Source of the DNA: Ignavibacteriota bacterium
GTDB taxonomy: Bacteria > Bacteroidota > Ignavibacteria > Palsa-1295
Direction of reading: 5' to 3'
DNA: 64,000 nt
Assembly (NCBI GenBank): GCA_963787835.1
Contig: CAWBEI010000003.1
Coordinates: 32,001 to 96,000, forward strand
In this document: one piece after another, positions 1-10,812 of the stretch
Numbering within the stretch: the first letter of the stretch is position 1
How the letters are laid out: every line of letters starts with the position of its first letter
The notes under the pieces: model-generated
What the model was told of the DNA's origin: nothing
Database searches by the model: none
Seen by the model: the letters and a program-made list of their open reading frames with translations, nothing else
Translations under genes and position numbers: made by a program

Positions 1-445
1 TGCTTGCAATCCCCCCGATAGCCGTTCGCATCGCTGTTTCGCGAGCACTTGCGCGTTCGAAGACATTGCGAAGATCTTTATGTCCATACTTCATCGCACC
101 GGCGAGATCGGCGTGGCCGGGACGTGGAACCGTAACAGCAGTTAGTTCCGCCTCCGACGGAGTAACGGGCATACGTTCTTTCCATCGCTCCCAATCTTTA
201 TTTTCAATAAGCAGCGCTATCGGTGCTCCGGTTGTCGCACCATTTCGAACACCAGAGATGATACGAGCTTTATCGTTCTCGATCAGTTGGCGCCTCCCGC
301 GTCCATGCCCCTTCTGACGCTGTTGAAGGATGGGATCGATATCGCGCTCGGCGACAAGCGAGAGTCCCGCCGGCATTCCTTCAAGAATTCCGGCAAGCAT
401 TTCCCCGTGTGATTCTCCGGCGGTCAGGTAGCGAAGGCGTCCCAT
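1..445 (-). CDS. aroC: chorismate synthase (partial, runs off window start)
   Basis: Manual translation from ATG at 445: [14 protein letters not shown]...[10 protein letters not shown]...ERASARETA; not in the ORF track. Confidence 0.95.
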   Translation of the reverse strand, partial: MGRLRYLTAGESHGEMLAGILEGMPAGLSLVAERDIDPILQQRQKGHGRGRRQLIENDKARIISGVRNGATTGAPIALLIENKDWERWKERMPVTPSEAELTAVTVPRPGHADLAGAMKYGHKDLRNVFERASARETAMRTAIGGIAS

Positions 446-1314
446 CGTGGTGTCAATAAATGTGATAGTGTATCGTGACCGTTTCGGAATTCTTCATTGC
501 TCAATAATGAGTGATCCACTAACGTTCCAGTCATCCAAAAATGCTGGGAAAGCGCGGCTTGCTCCATAAGCATTCCCAGCCCATCCACAATGGTTGCTCC
601 ACCGTTTGCCGCGCAGTCAAGAAATCGGGTTCGGAGCGGGTTATAGACCAGATCAATCGCAATATCTCCACTTCTCCATTCATAACCCTCTAATAGCGAA
701 TGGGATGTTCGCTGGCCGACCGGCGTAGCCTGAACAATACATTGCTTCCCATCATCCCGCGAAATTCCTTCGATGGGAAGAACGGAAACGGAATCGTAAG
801 CCTTGACGGCCCGACGCCCCGCTTCAAACGACCTTGCTGCCATTGAAATGTCTTTCCATCCCCATCGATGGATGGCAAATAATACAGCTCGTGCTGCTCC
901 GCCAGCTCCAAGAATTTTAAGGGAATATTCAAAAGGTACAAGACCATGGAGGCATTTCTGAAGCGCAAATCGAAAACCATCACCATCAGTCGAAACAATT
1001 ATGGGATGTGACAGACAAAGCACAGTGTTTGCCGAATGTATTTGATCTACCAACGGTGAAACTTCGCCAACGACCGTCGAGACAGCATATTTATAAGGGA
1101 ATGTAACATTGAATCCCACATACCCATTCTTCTCACCATTTTCAATGTGAGATAGAAACTCACTCTCATTCGCGCATTCTAATTTTCCATAATCCAGAGC
1201 CTCGAACTGGCCACCACACTTTGCTCGAACGCTTTCAAAAAGATGGCTATGAACTTCGGGAGAAATGCTATGATCGAGCGATCGTCCCAGCAGCCCGGCT
1301 TTTAAGATGTTCAT
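424..1314 (-). CDS. aroE: shikimate dehydrogenase
   Basis: [49 protein letters not shown] motifs; ATGA overlap with the aroA stop. Confidence 0.93.
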   Translation of the reverse strand: MNILKAGLLGRSLDHSISPEVHSHLFESVRAKCGGQFEALDYGKLECANESEFLSHIENGEKNGYVGFNVTFPYKYAVSTVVGEVSPLVDQIHSANTVLCLSHPIIVSTDGDGFRFALQKCLHGLVPFEYSLKILGAGGAARAVLFAIHRWGWKDISMAARSFEAGRRAVKAYDSVSVLPIEGISRDDGKQCIVQATPVGQRTSHSLLEGYEWRSGDIAIDLVYNPLRTRFLDCAANGGATIVDGLGMLMEQAALSQHFWMTGTLVDHSLLSNEEFRNGHDTLSHLLTPRWDAFAT

Positions 1315-2666
1315 GGCTCGCTTAGCTGGACACATTCATTCCCGCACAAGAGCTGGAGATGCCGAAAGAACTCCGGATACGAAATGGCGGCGGCATCCGC
1401 ATCTTCAATACGGCTCTCCGAATTGCAAAATAATGCTGCAATAGAAAACGACATCAGCAAGCGGTGGTCTCCGCCATGAAGGATCGGTGTATTGAAAAGC
1501 ATTCGGTCAGGAATGCCCTCAATAATAATTCCATCGTCTGTCTCCTCGGTCTCAACTCCAAATCTTTGAAATTGCTTAGCGGTAAGGCCAAGGCGGTCAC
1601 TTTCTTTCACGCGTAGTTCCTGCGCTCCGTGGATCGTGCTCTCGCCATCGGCGAACAGAGCAAGCACCATTATGATCGGGAGCTCGTCGATGAGAAGCGG
1701 AACATCTTCCGAATCAATATGGAAAGGAGTAAGCGGCTCCTTCAGCCGATCACCATAGACGGTGATATTGCCACGAGGCTCGTGCCATGCTTCGATAATA
1801 TTGCTTGCCTCTATTTCAACCCCCATCAGTGAAAGAATATCCAGAAATCGAGTGCGGCTGGGGTTGAGCGAAACGCCCTCGACGACAAGCCTTCGGCGGA
1901 GTAGCACAGCCGCTGCAATAAGAAACGCTGCACTGGATAGATCGCCGGGAACTTCATAACTAATTTCTTCAGGAAGCTCCGGTTTAACATCCGGCAAAAT
2001 TTGGATCGTTTCGTCCCGCTCGATGCCAAATCCAAACGCAGCAAGCATTCGCTCGGTATGATCGCGGCTTGGCGCTGATTCTACGATGGTCGTTGGGGTG
2101 TCTGCAAACAATCCTGCCAGCATGATCGCAGTCTTTATTTGTGCCGACGGTACCGGTAATGTAACGGTTGCGCCATGGAGCTTTTGTCCGGCAATGTCAA
2201 GTGGAAGTGTTCCCTTCGGGTCAGTTGCGATGATCGCATCCATTTCGGCAAGCAGATTTGCAAGCCGCTTCATGGGGCGTGTGGAAAGCGAAGCATCCCC
2301 CGTAAGCGTGCTTGCAAATGTCTGACCGGCCAATAACCCCATCAGAAGTCGCGCCGTAGTCCCCGAGTTCGCGCAGTTGATGGCATGGGTTGGTGAACGG
2401 TAACCTCGGCGGCCTACGCCATGCAACTCGATACGGTCATCCTCTACATCCACTGGAACGCCAAGGGATTCCAGTGCAAGTACGGTGGCAATAACATCAT
2501 CGGAAATGGCTGCCGGTGAAGCGATCGGGATCTGAAAATGGGAGGTTGTGAGCGATCCAATAAATAATAAGCGATGAAGAATGGATTTATCGGGAGGCAT
2601 CCGGAAGATAATTTCCTCCGGAAGTTCGCGGTGTATATGGCCGACCGGAGTTATTCGTGCGACCAT
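1311..2666 (-). CDS. aroA: 3-phosphoshikimate 1-carboxyvinyltransferase
   Basis: PPDKSILHR, NSGTTARL, SRDHTERML, ELRVKESDRL, GDHR motifs. Confidence 0.95.
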   Translation of the reverse strand: MVARITPVGHIHRELPEEIIFRMPPDKSILHRLLFIGSLTTSHFQIPIASPAAISDDVIATVLALESLGVPVDVEDDRIELHGVGRRGYRSPTHAINCANSGTTARLLMGLLAGQTFASTLTGDASLSTRPMKRLANLLAEMDAIIATDPKGTLPLDIAGQKLHGATVTLPVPSAQIKTAIMLAGLFADTPTTIVESAPSRDHTERMLAAFGFGIERDETIQILPDVKPELPEEISYEVPGDLSSAAFLIAAAVLLRRRLVVEGVSLNPSRTRFLDILSLMGVEIEASNIIEAWHEPRGNITVYGDRLKEPLTPFHIDSEDVPLLIDELPIIMVLALFADGESTIHGAQELRVKESDRLGLTAKQFQRFGVETEETDDGIIIEGIPDRMLFNTPILHGGDHRLLMSFSIAALFCNSESRIEDADAAAISYPEFFRHLQLLCGNECVQLSEP

Positions 2667-2703
2667 AAATTATAGAGCACCAGATCGTTTACTATCATGC
2701 ACG

Positions 2704-3660
2704 TTACATCTCACTGGAAAGTGGCTCTTGTGGAATAGTTGTTTTCGGGAGCACGCCGAGCATTCCAAGTGCTTCACGCGCTGCATTTTGTTCTGCCTCT
2801 TTTTTGGAGCGGCCGGTTCCCGAGCCATGGCGAAGCCCACTTACCATGACATCGACCGTAAACGTCCGGGAATGATTTGGGCCATCTTCGCTCACCGTCA
2901 CATATTTGGGGGAAGATAATTTCTTGGATTGCACGAACTCCAGCAGCATGGACTTATAATTCTTATCCGAAAGCATGAGTTCGTCGCGCCGGGCATGTGT
3001 GATAATGTTCCGGTAAATGAAATCTCGAGCAGCGGTCATTCCACCATCGAGATAGATCGCGGCGATCAGTGCCTCGTACGCATCAGCGAGCAGTGTGGAT
3101 GAACCACGTTTCAATGCAGCATCGGCAGAACTGGAAAGCAGTAGAAACTGCTCCAGTTGAATATCCATTGCGTGATGCACAAGCGCTGCGCCGGAAACAA
3201 GCCGCGAGCGAAGCTTTGTCAGATCGCCTTCTGGAAGCGCTTCGAACTCACCATACAAATATTCTGCTATGACAAGATTGAGTATGGAGTCGCCAAGAAA
3301 TTCAAGCCGTTCATTCGATTTGAGCGTCGGATATTGCGCGAATTGCAAATAGGACCGGTGTGTGAGCGCCTGCAGAAAATACGCGCGATGCTTGATCGTG
3401 TAGCCGATACGCCGTTCCAGATTATTGAAATCCTGCGCCGACAAGACCGGACGAGCCGTGCCCGGTACTACTTCGAATAATGGAACAGCGCTGGGAGTTT
3501 CTTTCTCGCGAAGCTTTTCTTCGATGCGCGCTTTTCGGGCGCGGCCCAATTCCCGGTACCGATCGATGCGCGTTCGCATGCGATCGAGCAAACTGTGCTC
3601 TTCACGTTGGTGCTCCTCGTCTTTGCGCCTGCGTGGATCGAAAAAGCTGGTCGCGCTCAA
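2704..3660 (-). CDS. rnc: ribonuclease III with N-terminal extension
   Basis: ALTHRS, NERLEFLGD, LADAYEALIAAIYLD, C-terminal dsRBD. Confidence 0.95.
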   Translation of the reverse strand: MSATSFFDPRRRKDEEHQREEHSLLDRMRTRIDRYRELGRARKARIEEKLREKETPSAVPLFEVVPGTARPVLSAQDFNNLERRIGYTIKHRAYFLQALTHRSYLQFAQYPTLKSNERLEFLGDSILNLVIAEYLYGEFEALPEGDLTKLRSRLVSGAALVHHAMDIQLEQFLLLSSSADAALKRGSSTLLADAYEALIAAIYLDGGMTAARDFIYRNIITHARRDELMLSDKNYKSMLLEFVQSKKLSSPKYVTVSEDGPNHSRTFTVDVMVSGLRHGSGTGRSKKEAEQNAAREALGMLGVLPKTTIPQEPLSSEM

Positions 3661-3699
3661 GAAATGGTAATTAGAGAGTACGCTCGTGGATCCAAACGA

Positions 3700-4953
3700 T
3701 CACTCTTCAAAGCGTTTAAAAATAAGTGTGGCATTATGGCCGCCGAAACCAAACCCATTGCTCATGGCGGCTTCGATCTTCATGGGGTGGGCGACATTCG
3801 GAACGTAATCCAGATCGCAGGCCGGATCGGGAAATTCATAATTGATCGTCGGTGGCGCGATCTGATCTCGAATCGCCAGAACGGTGGCAATCGCCTCGAC
3901 CGCTCCAGCTGCGCCAAGCAAGTGACCCGTCATGGATTTTGTGGAACTTATCGCTACTTTGCGGGCATGATCGCCACAGACAACCTTGATCGCCTCTGAC
4001 TCCGAAATGTCACCGATCTGCGTGGAAGTACCATGCACATTGATATAATCAATATCCTGTGGCAATAAATTAGAGGATTCTATTGCCATCCGCATCGAAC
4101 GCACTGCCCCCTCGCCACCTGGCGCAGGTTGTGTGATATGATACGCATCGGCAGATAGCCCGAAACCAGCAAACTCTGCATAGATCCTCGCGCCGCGAGC
4201 TCTGGCGTGGTCCAGCGATTCCAGAATGAGCGTAGCAGCGCCTTCGCCGATCACAAAGCCATCGCGTTCTTTGTCGAACGGGCGGCTTGCTTTTTCAGGC
4301 GCATCGTTGCGGGTCGAAAGTGCTTTCATCGCATTGAATCCGCCAACACCCATTGGAGAGATCACGGCCTCCGACCCTCCGGCAACCATGATCTCCGAAG
4401 TTCCACGCTCGATGAGCATGACCGCGTCGATGATCGCGTTATTGCCCGTCGCGCACGCGCTTGTCGTAGCGTAGTTCGGGCCTTTTAAGCCATGTCGCAT
4501 CGAGATGTAGCCCGCGCAAATATCGCTGATGAGCATTGGCACAAAGAACGGTGAGATGCGATGAGGGCCGCCAGTCTCATACAACGTTTCCTGCTGTTTG
4601 AGATAGGTCCACATGCCGCCGATACCCGAGCCGAAGATCACGCCGAACCGGTTTCGATCTACCTTTTCAAGATCGATCCCGGAATCTTTGATCGCCATAT
4701 CCGTGGACGCGACACCGAACTGTGTAAAAAGATCCATGCGGTTCTGCATTTTCCGGTCGATGAAATCGAGCGGATTGAATCCCTTCACTTCGCACGCAAA
4801 TTTGGTGTCGTAGTTCGACGCATCGAAACGGGTAATTGGGGCCGCGCCCGAGCGGCCGCTCGTCAGACCATTCCAAAAGGAATCAAGGTCCAACCCGAGC
4901 GGCGTGACCGCGCCCATGCCCGTAACAACTATTCTGCGGCGTCCTTCCGACAT
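3700..4953 (-). CDS. fabF: 3-oxoacyl-ACP synthase II
   Basis: TSACATG, HGTST, KSMTGHLLGAAG, FGFGGHN. Confidence 0.96.
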   Translation of the reverse strand: MSEGRRRIVVTGMGAVTPLGLDLDSFWNGLTSGRSGAAPITRFDASNYDTKFACEVKGFNPLDFIDRKMQNRMDLFTQFGVASTDMAIKDSGIDLEKVDRNRFGVIFGSGIGGMWTYLKQQETLYETGGPHRISPFFVPMLISDICAGYISMRHGLKGPNYATTSACATGNNAIIDAVMLIERGTSEIMVAGGSEAVISPMGVGGFNAMKALSTRNDAPEKASRPFDKERDGFVIGEGAATLILESLDHARARGARIYAEFAGFGLSADAYHITQPAPGGEGAVRSMRMAIESSNLLPQDIDYINVHGTSTQIGDISESEAIKVVCGDHARKVAISSTKSMTGHLLGAAGAVEAIATVLAIRDQIAPPTINYEFPDPACDLDYVPNVAHPMKIEAAMSNGFGFGGHNATLIFKRFEE

Positions 4954-4959
4954 GGTAAT

Positions 4960-5199
4960 TTACTGCTTGGCGGTGATGTAGGTGATCGCGTCTCCAACGG
5001 TCTGGATCTTCTCTGCATCTTCGTCAGGAATTTGAAGGTTGAATGCCTTCTCGAATTCCATCACGAGTTCGACGGTATCGAGGGAATCCGCACCGAGGTC
5101 GTTCGTGAACGAAGCCGCTGGTGTGATCTGTGAGTCCTCAACGCCGAGCTTGCTGACGATGATCTCTTTAACTTTCGATTCTACGTTTTGATCTGCCAT
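4960..5199 (-). CDS. acpP: acyl carrier protein
   Basis: [17 protein letters not shown]. Confidence 0.97.
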   Translation of the reverse strand: MADQNVESKVKEIIVSKLGVEDSQITPAASFTNDLGADSLDTVELVMEFEKAFNLQIPDEDAEKIQTVGDAITYITAKQ

Positions 5200-5251
5200 G
5201 TTTTTGGTAAAAGTGCTAAAAAGCTATGTTCTAAGTTGTTGTTGATAAAAT

Positions 5252-6019
5252 TTACATCACCATGCCACCATCGACAACGATGACCTGGCCGGTTACATAA
5301 TCTGCTGCTTCCGATGCTAAAAAGCCGACTACGTTCGCAATATCCTTTGGCTTGCCTGCTCGCTTAAGAGGAACAGTGGTAAGCATTGCCTCGCGCTGGG
5401 CATCGTTAAGCTTTGCGGTCATTTCTGTTTCGATGAAGCCCGGCGCAACAGCGTTAACCGTTATATTGCGCGAGGCAACTTCTTTTGCGATCGACTTTGT
5501 AAAGCCAATCACACCTGCCTTCGAAGCCGAGTAATTCGCCTGCCCGGCATTACCGGTTATGCCTACAACACTGGCAACGTTAATTATCTTCCCCTGTTTT
5601 TGGGACATCATGGTGCGAAGCACGCCTTTCGTCATATTAAATACGCCCTTCAGGTTAATATCGAGCACGAAATCCCAGTCAGCTTCTGACATGCGCATCA
5701 ATAGCCCGTCCTTGGTAACGCCTGCATTATTGACTAAAACATCGATTCGGCCATGCTCTGCGACGACGCCATCGATATATGCTTGTGTAACGACGGGGTC
5801 GCGCACGTCGATAATGGCATGCTGGACTTTCAGCTTGTCTGGAGTAAGGCTTTGCTTGGTGAGCGTTTCGGCCATTTCAGAGCCAGCCGGATCGTTCGAA
5901 GCCGCAGCAATAGTATAGCCCTTAAAGAAAAGCTCTTCGACAATGGCACGGCCAATGCCTCGTGACCCTCCGGTCACGATCGCCACTTTCTTTTCTCCAG
6001 CGTATATATGTGGAAGCAT
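5252..6019 (-). CDS. fabG: 3-oxoacyl-ACP reductase
   Basis: TGGSRGIG, NNAGVTKD, YSASK; fab operon context. Confidence 0.95.
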   Translation of the reverse strand: MLPHIYAGEKKVAIVTGGSRGIGRAIVEELFFKGYTIAAASNDPAGSEMAETLTKQSLTPDKLKVQHAIIDVRDPVVTQAYIDGVVAEHGRIDVLVNNAGVTKDGLLMRMSEADWDFVLDINLKGVFNMTKGVLRTMMSQKQGKIINVASVVGITGNAGQANYSASKAGVIGFTKSIAKEVASRNITVNAVAPGFIETEMTAKLNDAQREAMLTTVPLKRAGKPKDIANVVGFLASEAADYVTGQVIVVDGGMVM

Positions 6020-6037
6020 GTATGATGGAATAATGAA

Positions 6038-6751
6038 TTATAACGTCACTTGAACAAAACTGGCCTTCAAACGCTCCGCTTCGAAACGCTCGCGGTTGGC
6101 ATCGTAGTAGGCTCGGAGCTTAGGGAATTCATCCGGCCCAAGAAAATGCTGAAGCTCTTCCTGCATGGCTTCGAAAACGGAATGAACATAATTCCCAGCT
6201 CCTTTTGGGCCGCAGTAATGAAGATCCTCGGAATGTCCATCATCATACGTTAGAATCCCATTGACAACGGTAACTGGAAACAGGATGCAAAAATCCGGTT
6301 TCCAAGCCCAGCGATGCAACCCTGCATTTGCCGCAGCAACCTGAATGGAACAATAATGCCGCTTGTCTAAAAAAACACAGCCTTCAGTAAAACCGGAGAT
6401 GCCTCCGTCACGATCATGCACATCGGTACCAATAGCACGTCCGGATGGGAAATCGGGATCTTCGATAATCTCGCCATCGAACCAGGTTTCGGTATCGGTG
6501 TCCTGCGTATCATCCATTGCTGCCGCGATCTCCGTGGCGTGTTCGAGAATTCTATCGTGCTCGCCCATGTCGGCATAGACGCCGGAGTGGCAACAGCCAC
6601 CGCCGCATTTTGAGATGTCACAGTAATGCACAAAGCCATGCGTAAAGAGAATGTCATCCACGCGGTAGCCGCGCACCGTGATCGGGGCGATCCTGCTTTC
6701 AGGAATATCGTCTGTCGGTGGAATTGGATCCTTAAAATGGCCTTCTGACAT
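6038..6751 (-). CDS. Cys-rich putative Fe-S/Zn-binding protein (DUF3109-like)
   Basis: CDISKCGGGCC, CVFL, CSIQ, KPDFCILFP motifs. Confidence 0.7.
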   Translation of the reverse strand: MSEGHFKDPIPPTDDIPESRIAPITVRGYRVDDILFTHGFVHYCDISKCGGGCCHSGVYADMGEHDRILEHATEIAAAMDDTQDTDTETWFDGEIIEDPDFPSGRAIGTDVHDRDGGISGFTEGCVFLDKRHYCSIQVAAANAGLHRWAWKPDFCILFPVTVVNGILTYDDGHSEDLHYCGPKGAGNYVHSVFEAMQEELQHFLGPDEFPKLRAYYDANRERFEAERLKASFVQVTL

Positions 6752-6759
6752 TTGATTTC

Positions 6760-7671
6760 TTACGCTAATACAGTTTTTGGTTTCTCGACACCGCTTACTT
6801 TGACGTTACTAAGAGTTCTGCTTATCAAACCTTGTAATACCTTACCGGGACCGTACTCCACAAATTCCCTTATGCCGAAATCGTACATGTTCTTCACGGA
6901 TTCTTCCCACCGCACCGGTGAGGTAAGTTGCTGAACGAGCAGCGAACGGATCTCTTCCGGATCATCGACCGGCTCGGCAGTAACATTTCCGAATACCGGA
7001 ATAGACGGTCTGGATATTTCCGTAGATTGTAATGCTTCACGCAGTCCATCCGCCGCATATTGCATGAGTGGAGAATGGAATGCACCGGATACCGGAAGTT
7101 CCTTTGCGATCCGAACACCAGCAGCCTTGGCACGGCGTATTACTTCCTGCACGCCAAGGTTGGAACCCGAAATTACGATCTGTCCCGGCGAATTGAAATT
7201 GGCGGGACGAACAATATTTCCCGATTCGGATTCAACCTCTTGACAAAGTTTAGTAAGCTCCACCGCTTCCATTCCAATAATGGCTGCCATGGTTCCGGAA
7301 ACTCTCCGGCCAGCTTCACCCATCAATGTTCCGCGAAGATGCACCAACAAGAGCGCATCCTCAAATTTCAAAGAGCCAGCAGCCGTGAGCGCTGTGTATT
7401 CCCCAAGCGAATGCCCTGCGGCAGCTTGTGGCTCCAAACGGTCTTCATCATGCTTTAGCGCGATCATTGAGTGAAGAAAAATCGCCGGCTGGGTGTATTC
7501 CGTTTGTCGCAATACATCTTCCGGTCCTTCAAGCATCGTCTTCGAAAGATGAATATGCAACAGATCGTCTGCTTCCTGCATCATCGCCTTAGCGGACGGA
7601 TATGCGCTCGCGAACTCGCGGCACATGCCGGTGTATTGCGAACCTTGACCGGGAAAAACGTATGCGATCAT
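6760..7671 (-). CDS. fabD: malonyl CoA-ACP transacylase
   Basis: Start trimmed to MIAYVFPGQGSQ; GHSLGEY, AFHS. Confidence 0.95.
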   Translation of the reverse strand: MIAYVFPGQGSQYTGMCREFASAYPSAKAMMQEADDLLHIHLSKTMLEGPEDVLRQTEYTQPAIFLHSMIALKHDEDRLEPQAAAGHSLGEYTALTAAGSLKFEDALLLVHLRGTLMGEAGRRVSGTMAAIIGMEAVELTKLCQEVESESGNIVRPANFNSPGQIVISGSNLGVQEVIRRAKAAGVRIAKELPVSGAFHSPLMQYAADGLREALQSTEISRPSIPVFGNVTAEPVDDPEEIRSLLVQQLTSPVRWEESVKNMYDFGIREFVEYGPGKVLQGLISRTLSNVKVSGVEKPKTVLA

Positions 7672-7675
7672 GTAA

Positions 7676-8686
7676 TTAATAGGCCCACCGGACAAGAATA
7701 GCTCCCCATGTATATCCAGCGCCAAAACTGGATAGCACAAGATAATCGCCTTTTTTCACTTTTCCATCTTTCCACCACTCACTCAAGCACATCGGGATGG
7801 TGGCGTCGGTGGTGTTGCCGTAGCGATCAATATTTATCATTACTTTGTCTTTGGTAAGACCCATGCGCTCGCGGGCAGCATCCAATATGCGAAGATTCGC
7901 CTGATGTGGCACAAGAAACGAAATGTCCTTTGCTGAAAGCCCGTTACGCTCCATAATATGCGCGGAGGATTCTGCCATATCTACCACCGCTCGTTTAAAG
8001 ACGGTCTTTCCATCCTGATAAATATAGTGCATTCCTTTCGCGACCGTCTCTGCGGTGGCGGGATTCAAACTTCCGCCGCCCTTCATATACAAAAATTCCC
8101 GGCCTACTCCATCGACACGCAGATAGGAATCCATGATGCCATACTCCTCTTCGACCGGTTCCAGGATGACCGCGCCTGCGGCATCCCCAAAAAGAATGCA
8201 GGTGTTTCGATCCTGATAGTTCACGATCGCGCTCATTTTGTCTGCACCGATGAGGAGAATCCTGTCGTACCCACCGGACTCGATCATGCGCGAGGCCGTT
8301 TCAAGCCCAAATAAAAATCCTGAGCATGCGGCGTTAATATCGAAACCCCAGGCATTTTTTGCTCCAAGTTTATCCTGAATAACACACGCCGTGGGAGGAA
8401 ACGGCATGTCGGGCGTGACGGTGCAGCAGATGATAAGTTGAACATCCTCCGGTTTCCAGCCACGGCGTTCGAGAGCAAGCTTTGCGGCATTAACTGCCAT
8501 ATCGCTCGTCGCGCCGTTACGAAGAATGCGCCGTTCGCGAATTCCCGTTCGCGTCACGATCCATTCATTGTTGGTATCGAGATACGAGGCGAAATACTTG
8601 TTATCGAGCACCTCATCCGGCGTCCAATGGCCAACGGCCGTGATCCCGGCATGTCGAAGGCCGCCTCGCTTATTTTTAAGTTCCAC
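7676..8686 (-). CDS. fabH: 3-oxoacyl-ACP synthase III
   Basis: RTGIRERR, AACSGF, HQANLRI, YGNT, FGAGYTWG. Confidence 0.95.
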   Translation of the reverse strand: MELKNKRGGLRHAGITAVGHWTPDEVLDNKYFASYLDTNNEWIVTRTGIRERRILRNGATSDMAVNAAKLALERRGWKPEDVQLIICCTVTPDMPFPPTACVIQDKLGAKNAWGFDINAACSGFLFGLETASRMIESGGYDRILLIGADKMSAIVNYQDRNTCILFGDAAGAVILEPVEEEYGIMDSYLRVDGVGREFLYMKGGGSLNPATAETVAKGMHYIYQDGKTVFKRAVVDMAESSAHIMERNGLSAKDISFLVPHQANLRILDAARERMGLTKDKVMINIDRYGNTTDATIPMCLSEWWKDGKVKKGDYLVLSSFGAGYTWGAILVRWAY

Positions 8687-8723
8687 TATGCTAATTTTAT
8701 CTTCAAAAACTTTTTAATAACAC

Positions 8724-8851
8724 GTCATCCTGAGCGGAGTTTTTCTCGACGAAGGAGAGAAAAACGGAGTCGAAGGATCTCCGGCATTACATGCGATTCT
8801 TCGACTTCGCAACACTCCGCTATCGCGGAGTGTTGCTTCGCTCAGAATGAC
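8724..8851. repeat. GTCATCCTGAGCG...CGCTCAGAATGAC palindromic element (CGTC-type REP/RPE-like)
   Basis: Terminal inverted repeat plus internal hairpins; lies between plsX and fabH. Confidence 0.8.
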
Positions 8852-8862
8852 ATTTAAATTTA

Positions 8863-9909
8863 TCAAGAGGATACAACCCCTGTCTTCAACGTTTCCGTGA
8901 TCTTTTCCACGACATTCTTTCGCACCATTTCATCGGCTTTTAAAATCATATTGCGAATAGCCTTTGGCGTTGAACGTCCATGTCCGATGATCGTTACGCC
9001 CCGCACCCCAAGAAGCGGTACACCGCCGAATTCCTGATAATCGAAATCCTTTAAAACTTCCCGAAGGACTGACGCGGTGATCCCTGCCTTTATTTTATTT
9101 AAGATTCCTTTTGCGGCATATTTTTTAAGCCGCCCGCGCATGACCGGAATCATGCTTTCGGCCAATTTAAGCATCACGTTGCCAACAAAGCCGTCGCAAA
9201 CGATGACATCGCAGGTGGCCTTAAACACATCGCCGCCCTCAACGTTACCGATAAAATTTACGCCGGATTTTTCCAGAAGCGGCGCTGCCTCGAACACAAG
9301 CTCGTTGCCTTTAGAACGCTCTTCACCCACACTAAGCAAACCGACGCTGGGCCGGGTAACCCCAAGGATCTGCTCTGCATAGATCGACCCCATGATGGCA
9401 TATTCTCTCAAATGGATCGCTTTCGAATCGACGGTAGCGCCGACATCGAACACTAAGGTAAACCCACCATCCGGACGTGGAAATTGCGAGCCAATGGTCG
9501 GACGGCTGACGCCTGGAATTCTGCCAAGCAATAAAGTCGCGCCGCTCATCACCGCACCAGTATTACCGGCGCTTACGAACGCTGATGCTGCGCCGTCACG
9601 AACAAGATCGAAACCCTTAACGATCGAGGAGTCCTTTTTCTGGCGTAAACCGGCAACGGGCTCATCCTCCATTCCAATTACTTGTGAGGCTTGCGCTATC
9701 TCAATTAAAGGACTGCTTGAAGCTCCAAGTCGGCCTAATTCACGTTCAATTTCCTCACGCATTCCTGCGAGCACGACTCTAAATCGCCCGTTTGCCATTC
9801 GTATCGATTCGAGCGCGCCCTCCACTTCATTTCGTGGCGAAAAATCACCACCCATCGCATCGAGTACGATGCTGACAGGAGCAGAATCCAGCGTTTCAGG
9901 AGGAATCAA
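8863..9909 (-). CDS. plsX: phosphate acyltransferase
   Basis: DAMGGD, SAGNTGA, FIGNVEG, DGFVGN, GHGRS. Confidence 0.95.
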   Translation of the reverse strand: MIPPETLDSAPVSIVLDAMGGDFSPRNEVEGALESIRMANGRFRVVLAGMREEIERELGRLGASSSPLIEIAQASQVIGMEDEPVAGLRQKKDSSIVKGFDLVRDGAASAFVSAGNTGAVMSGATLLLGRIPGVSRPTIGSQFPRPDGGFTLVFDVGATVDSKAIHLREYAIMGSIYAEQILGVTRPSVGLLSVGEERSKGNELVFEAAPLLEKSGVNFIGNVEGGDVFKATCDVIVCDGFVGNVMLKLAESMIPVMRGRLKKYAAKGILNKIKAGITASVLREVLKDFDYQEFGGVPLLGVRGVTIIGHGRSTPKAIRNMILKADEMVRKNVVEKITETLKTGVVSS

Positions 9910-9994
9910 ATCGAATGAAAATTATACGGGCGACCTATCATCCTGGAGAAGATCGATCGCCCGAAAAGTCGTAAAATATCTGACCCTACCGAGG

Positions 9995-10180
9995 TTATGC
10001 TTCGGTCTTGGGCTGCATGACCGAACGGCCTTTGTAAAAACCGCAGCTCGCACATGCGGTATGAAGCAGCTTCGGTGAGCCACAGTTCGGGCATGTGCCG
10101 AACGACGGCTTTTCCAGCTTGTAATGGGTCCGGCGTTTGTCGCGGCGGGTGCGTGAATTTCTATGTGTTGGATTTGGCAT
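9995..10180 (-). CDS. rpmF: 50S ribosomal protein L32
   Basis: MPNP..SRTRRDKRRTH, CPNCG..H..C..CGFYKG. Confidence 0.96.
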   Translation of the reverse strand: MPNPTHRNSRTRRDKRRTHYKLEKPSFGTCPNCGSPKLLHTACASCGFYKGRSVMQPKTEA

Positions 10181-10732
10181 TAGGTCTCCTTGTTTTCTTC
10201 GGCGCGCAAACGCTCCTGAAGCCTGTTGAGTGCCGACCAGGTTGTATTTAGCTCTGATTCCTCGTGAGGATCGTGCTGCTCACGGTTCAAATTCTTCCCA
10301 CAGACCGGGCAGATGCCCTTGCAATCCGCACGGCAGAGATGTACCATCGGGATCGCAAGCACAAGTGCATCGCGCACATCGGGAAGAATATCTACTTCCG
10401 TGGTCGAAAGCGGGTCATAGACATGAACATCCGGGTCGCCTTCGTTCGGCTCTAATTGTGGCGGAAGAAAATGCAGTGAGAGTGGTGCGGTGATCCCATC
10501 CCGAAACAAATCAGCGCAACGAGTGCATTCGAACTCCCCTTCGGGCAGAAACTACTGCTTCAAGATCCAGCCGATCGCCATCCCGTTTTAAAACGCCACT
10601 GACATTTCCCGCACCGCTAAACGCCGGATAATCCAGCAACTTTGCATCAAAGTCGATAGAAACAGGGCTCTCACCCTGACCAAGCCCGCGTAGTTTTACC
10701 GGAATAGAATCCGGCGAATGAATATGTTTCAA
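10180..10732 (-). pseudogene. yceD: YceD/DUF177 protein split by a +1 frameshift (possibly a sequencing error)
   Basis: ORFs 10511-10732 and 10180-10509; removing one base at 10543-10545 gives ...SAEGEFECTRCADLF... joined to LCRADCKGICPVCG; position upstream of rpmF. Confidence 0.85.
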
Positions 10733-10763
10733 AAAAATAAGGCCCTCTATTTAGAGAGGGCCT
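10731..10763 (-). terminator. intrinsic terminator after the anti-sigma gene
   Basis: AGGCCCTCT-N6-AGAGGGCCT stem followed by a U tract on the minus strand. Confidence 0.75.
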
Positions 10764-10812
10764 AAAACAGACACGCAAAAGAGGGAGTGCCTGAACGCTT
10801 ATTGATAGCAAC

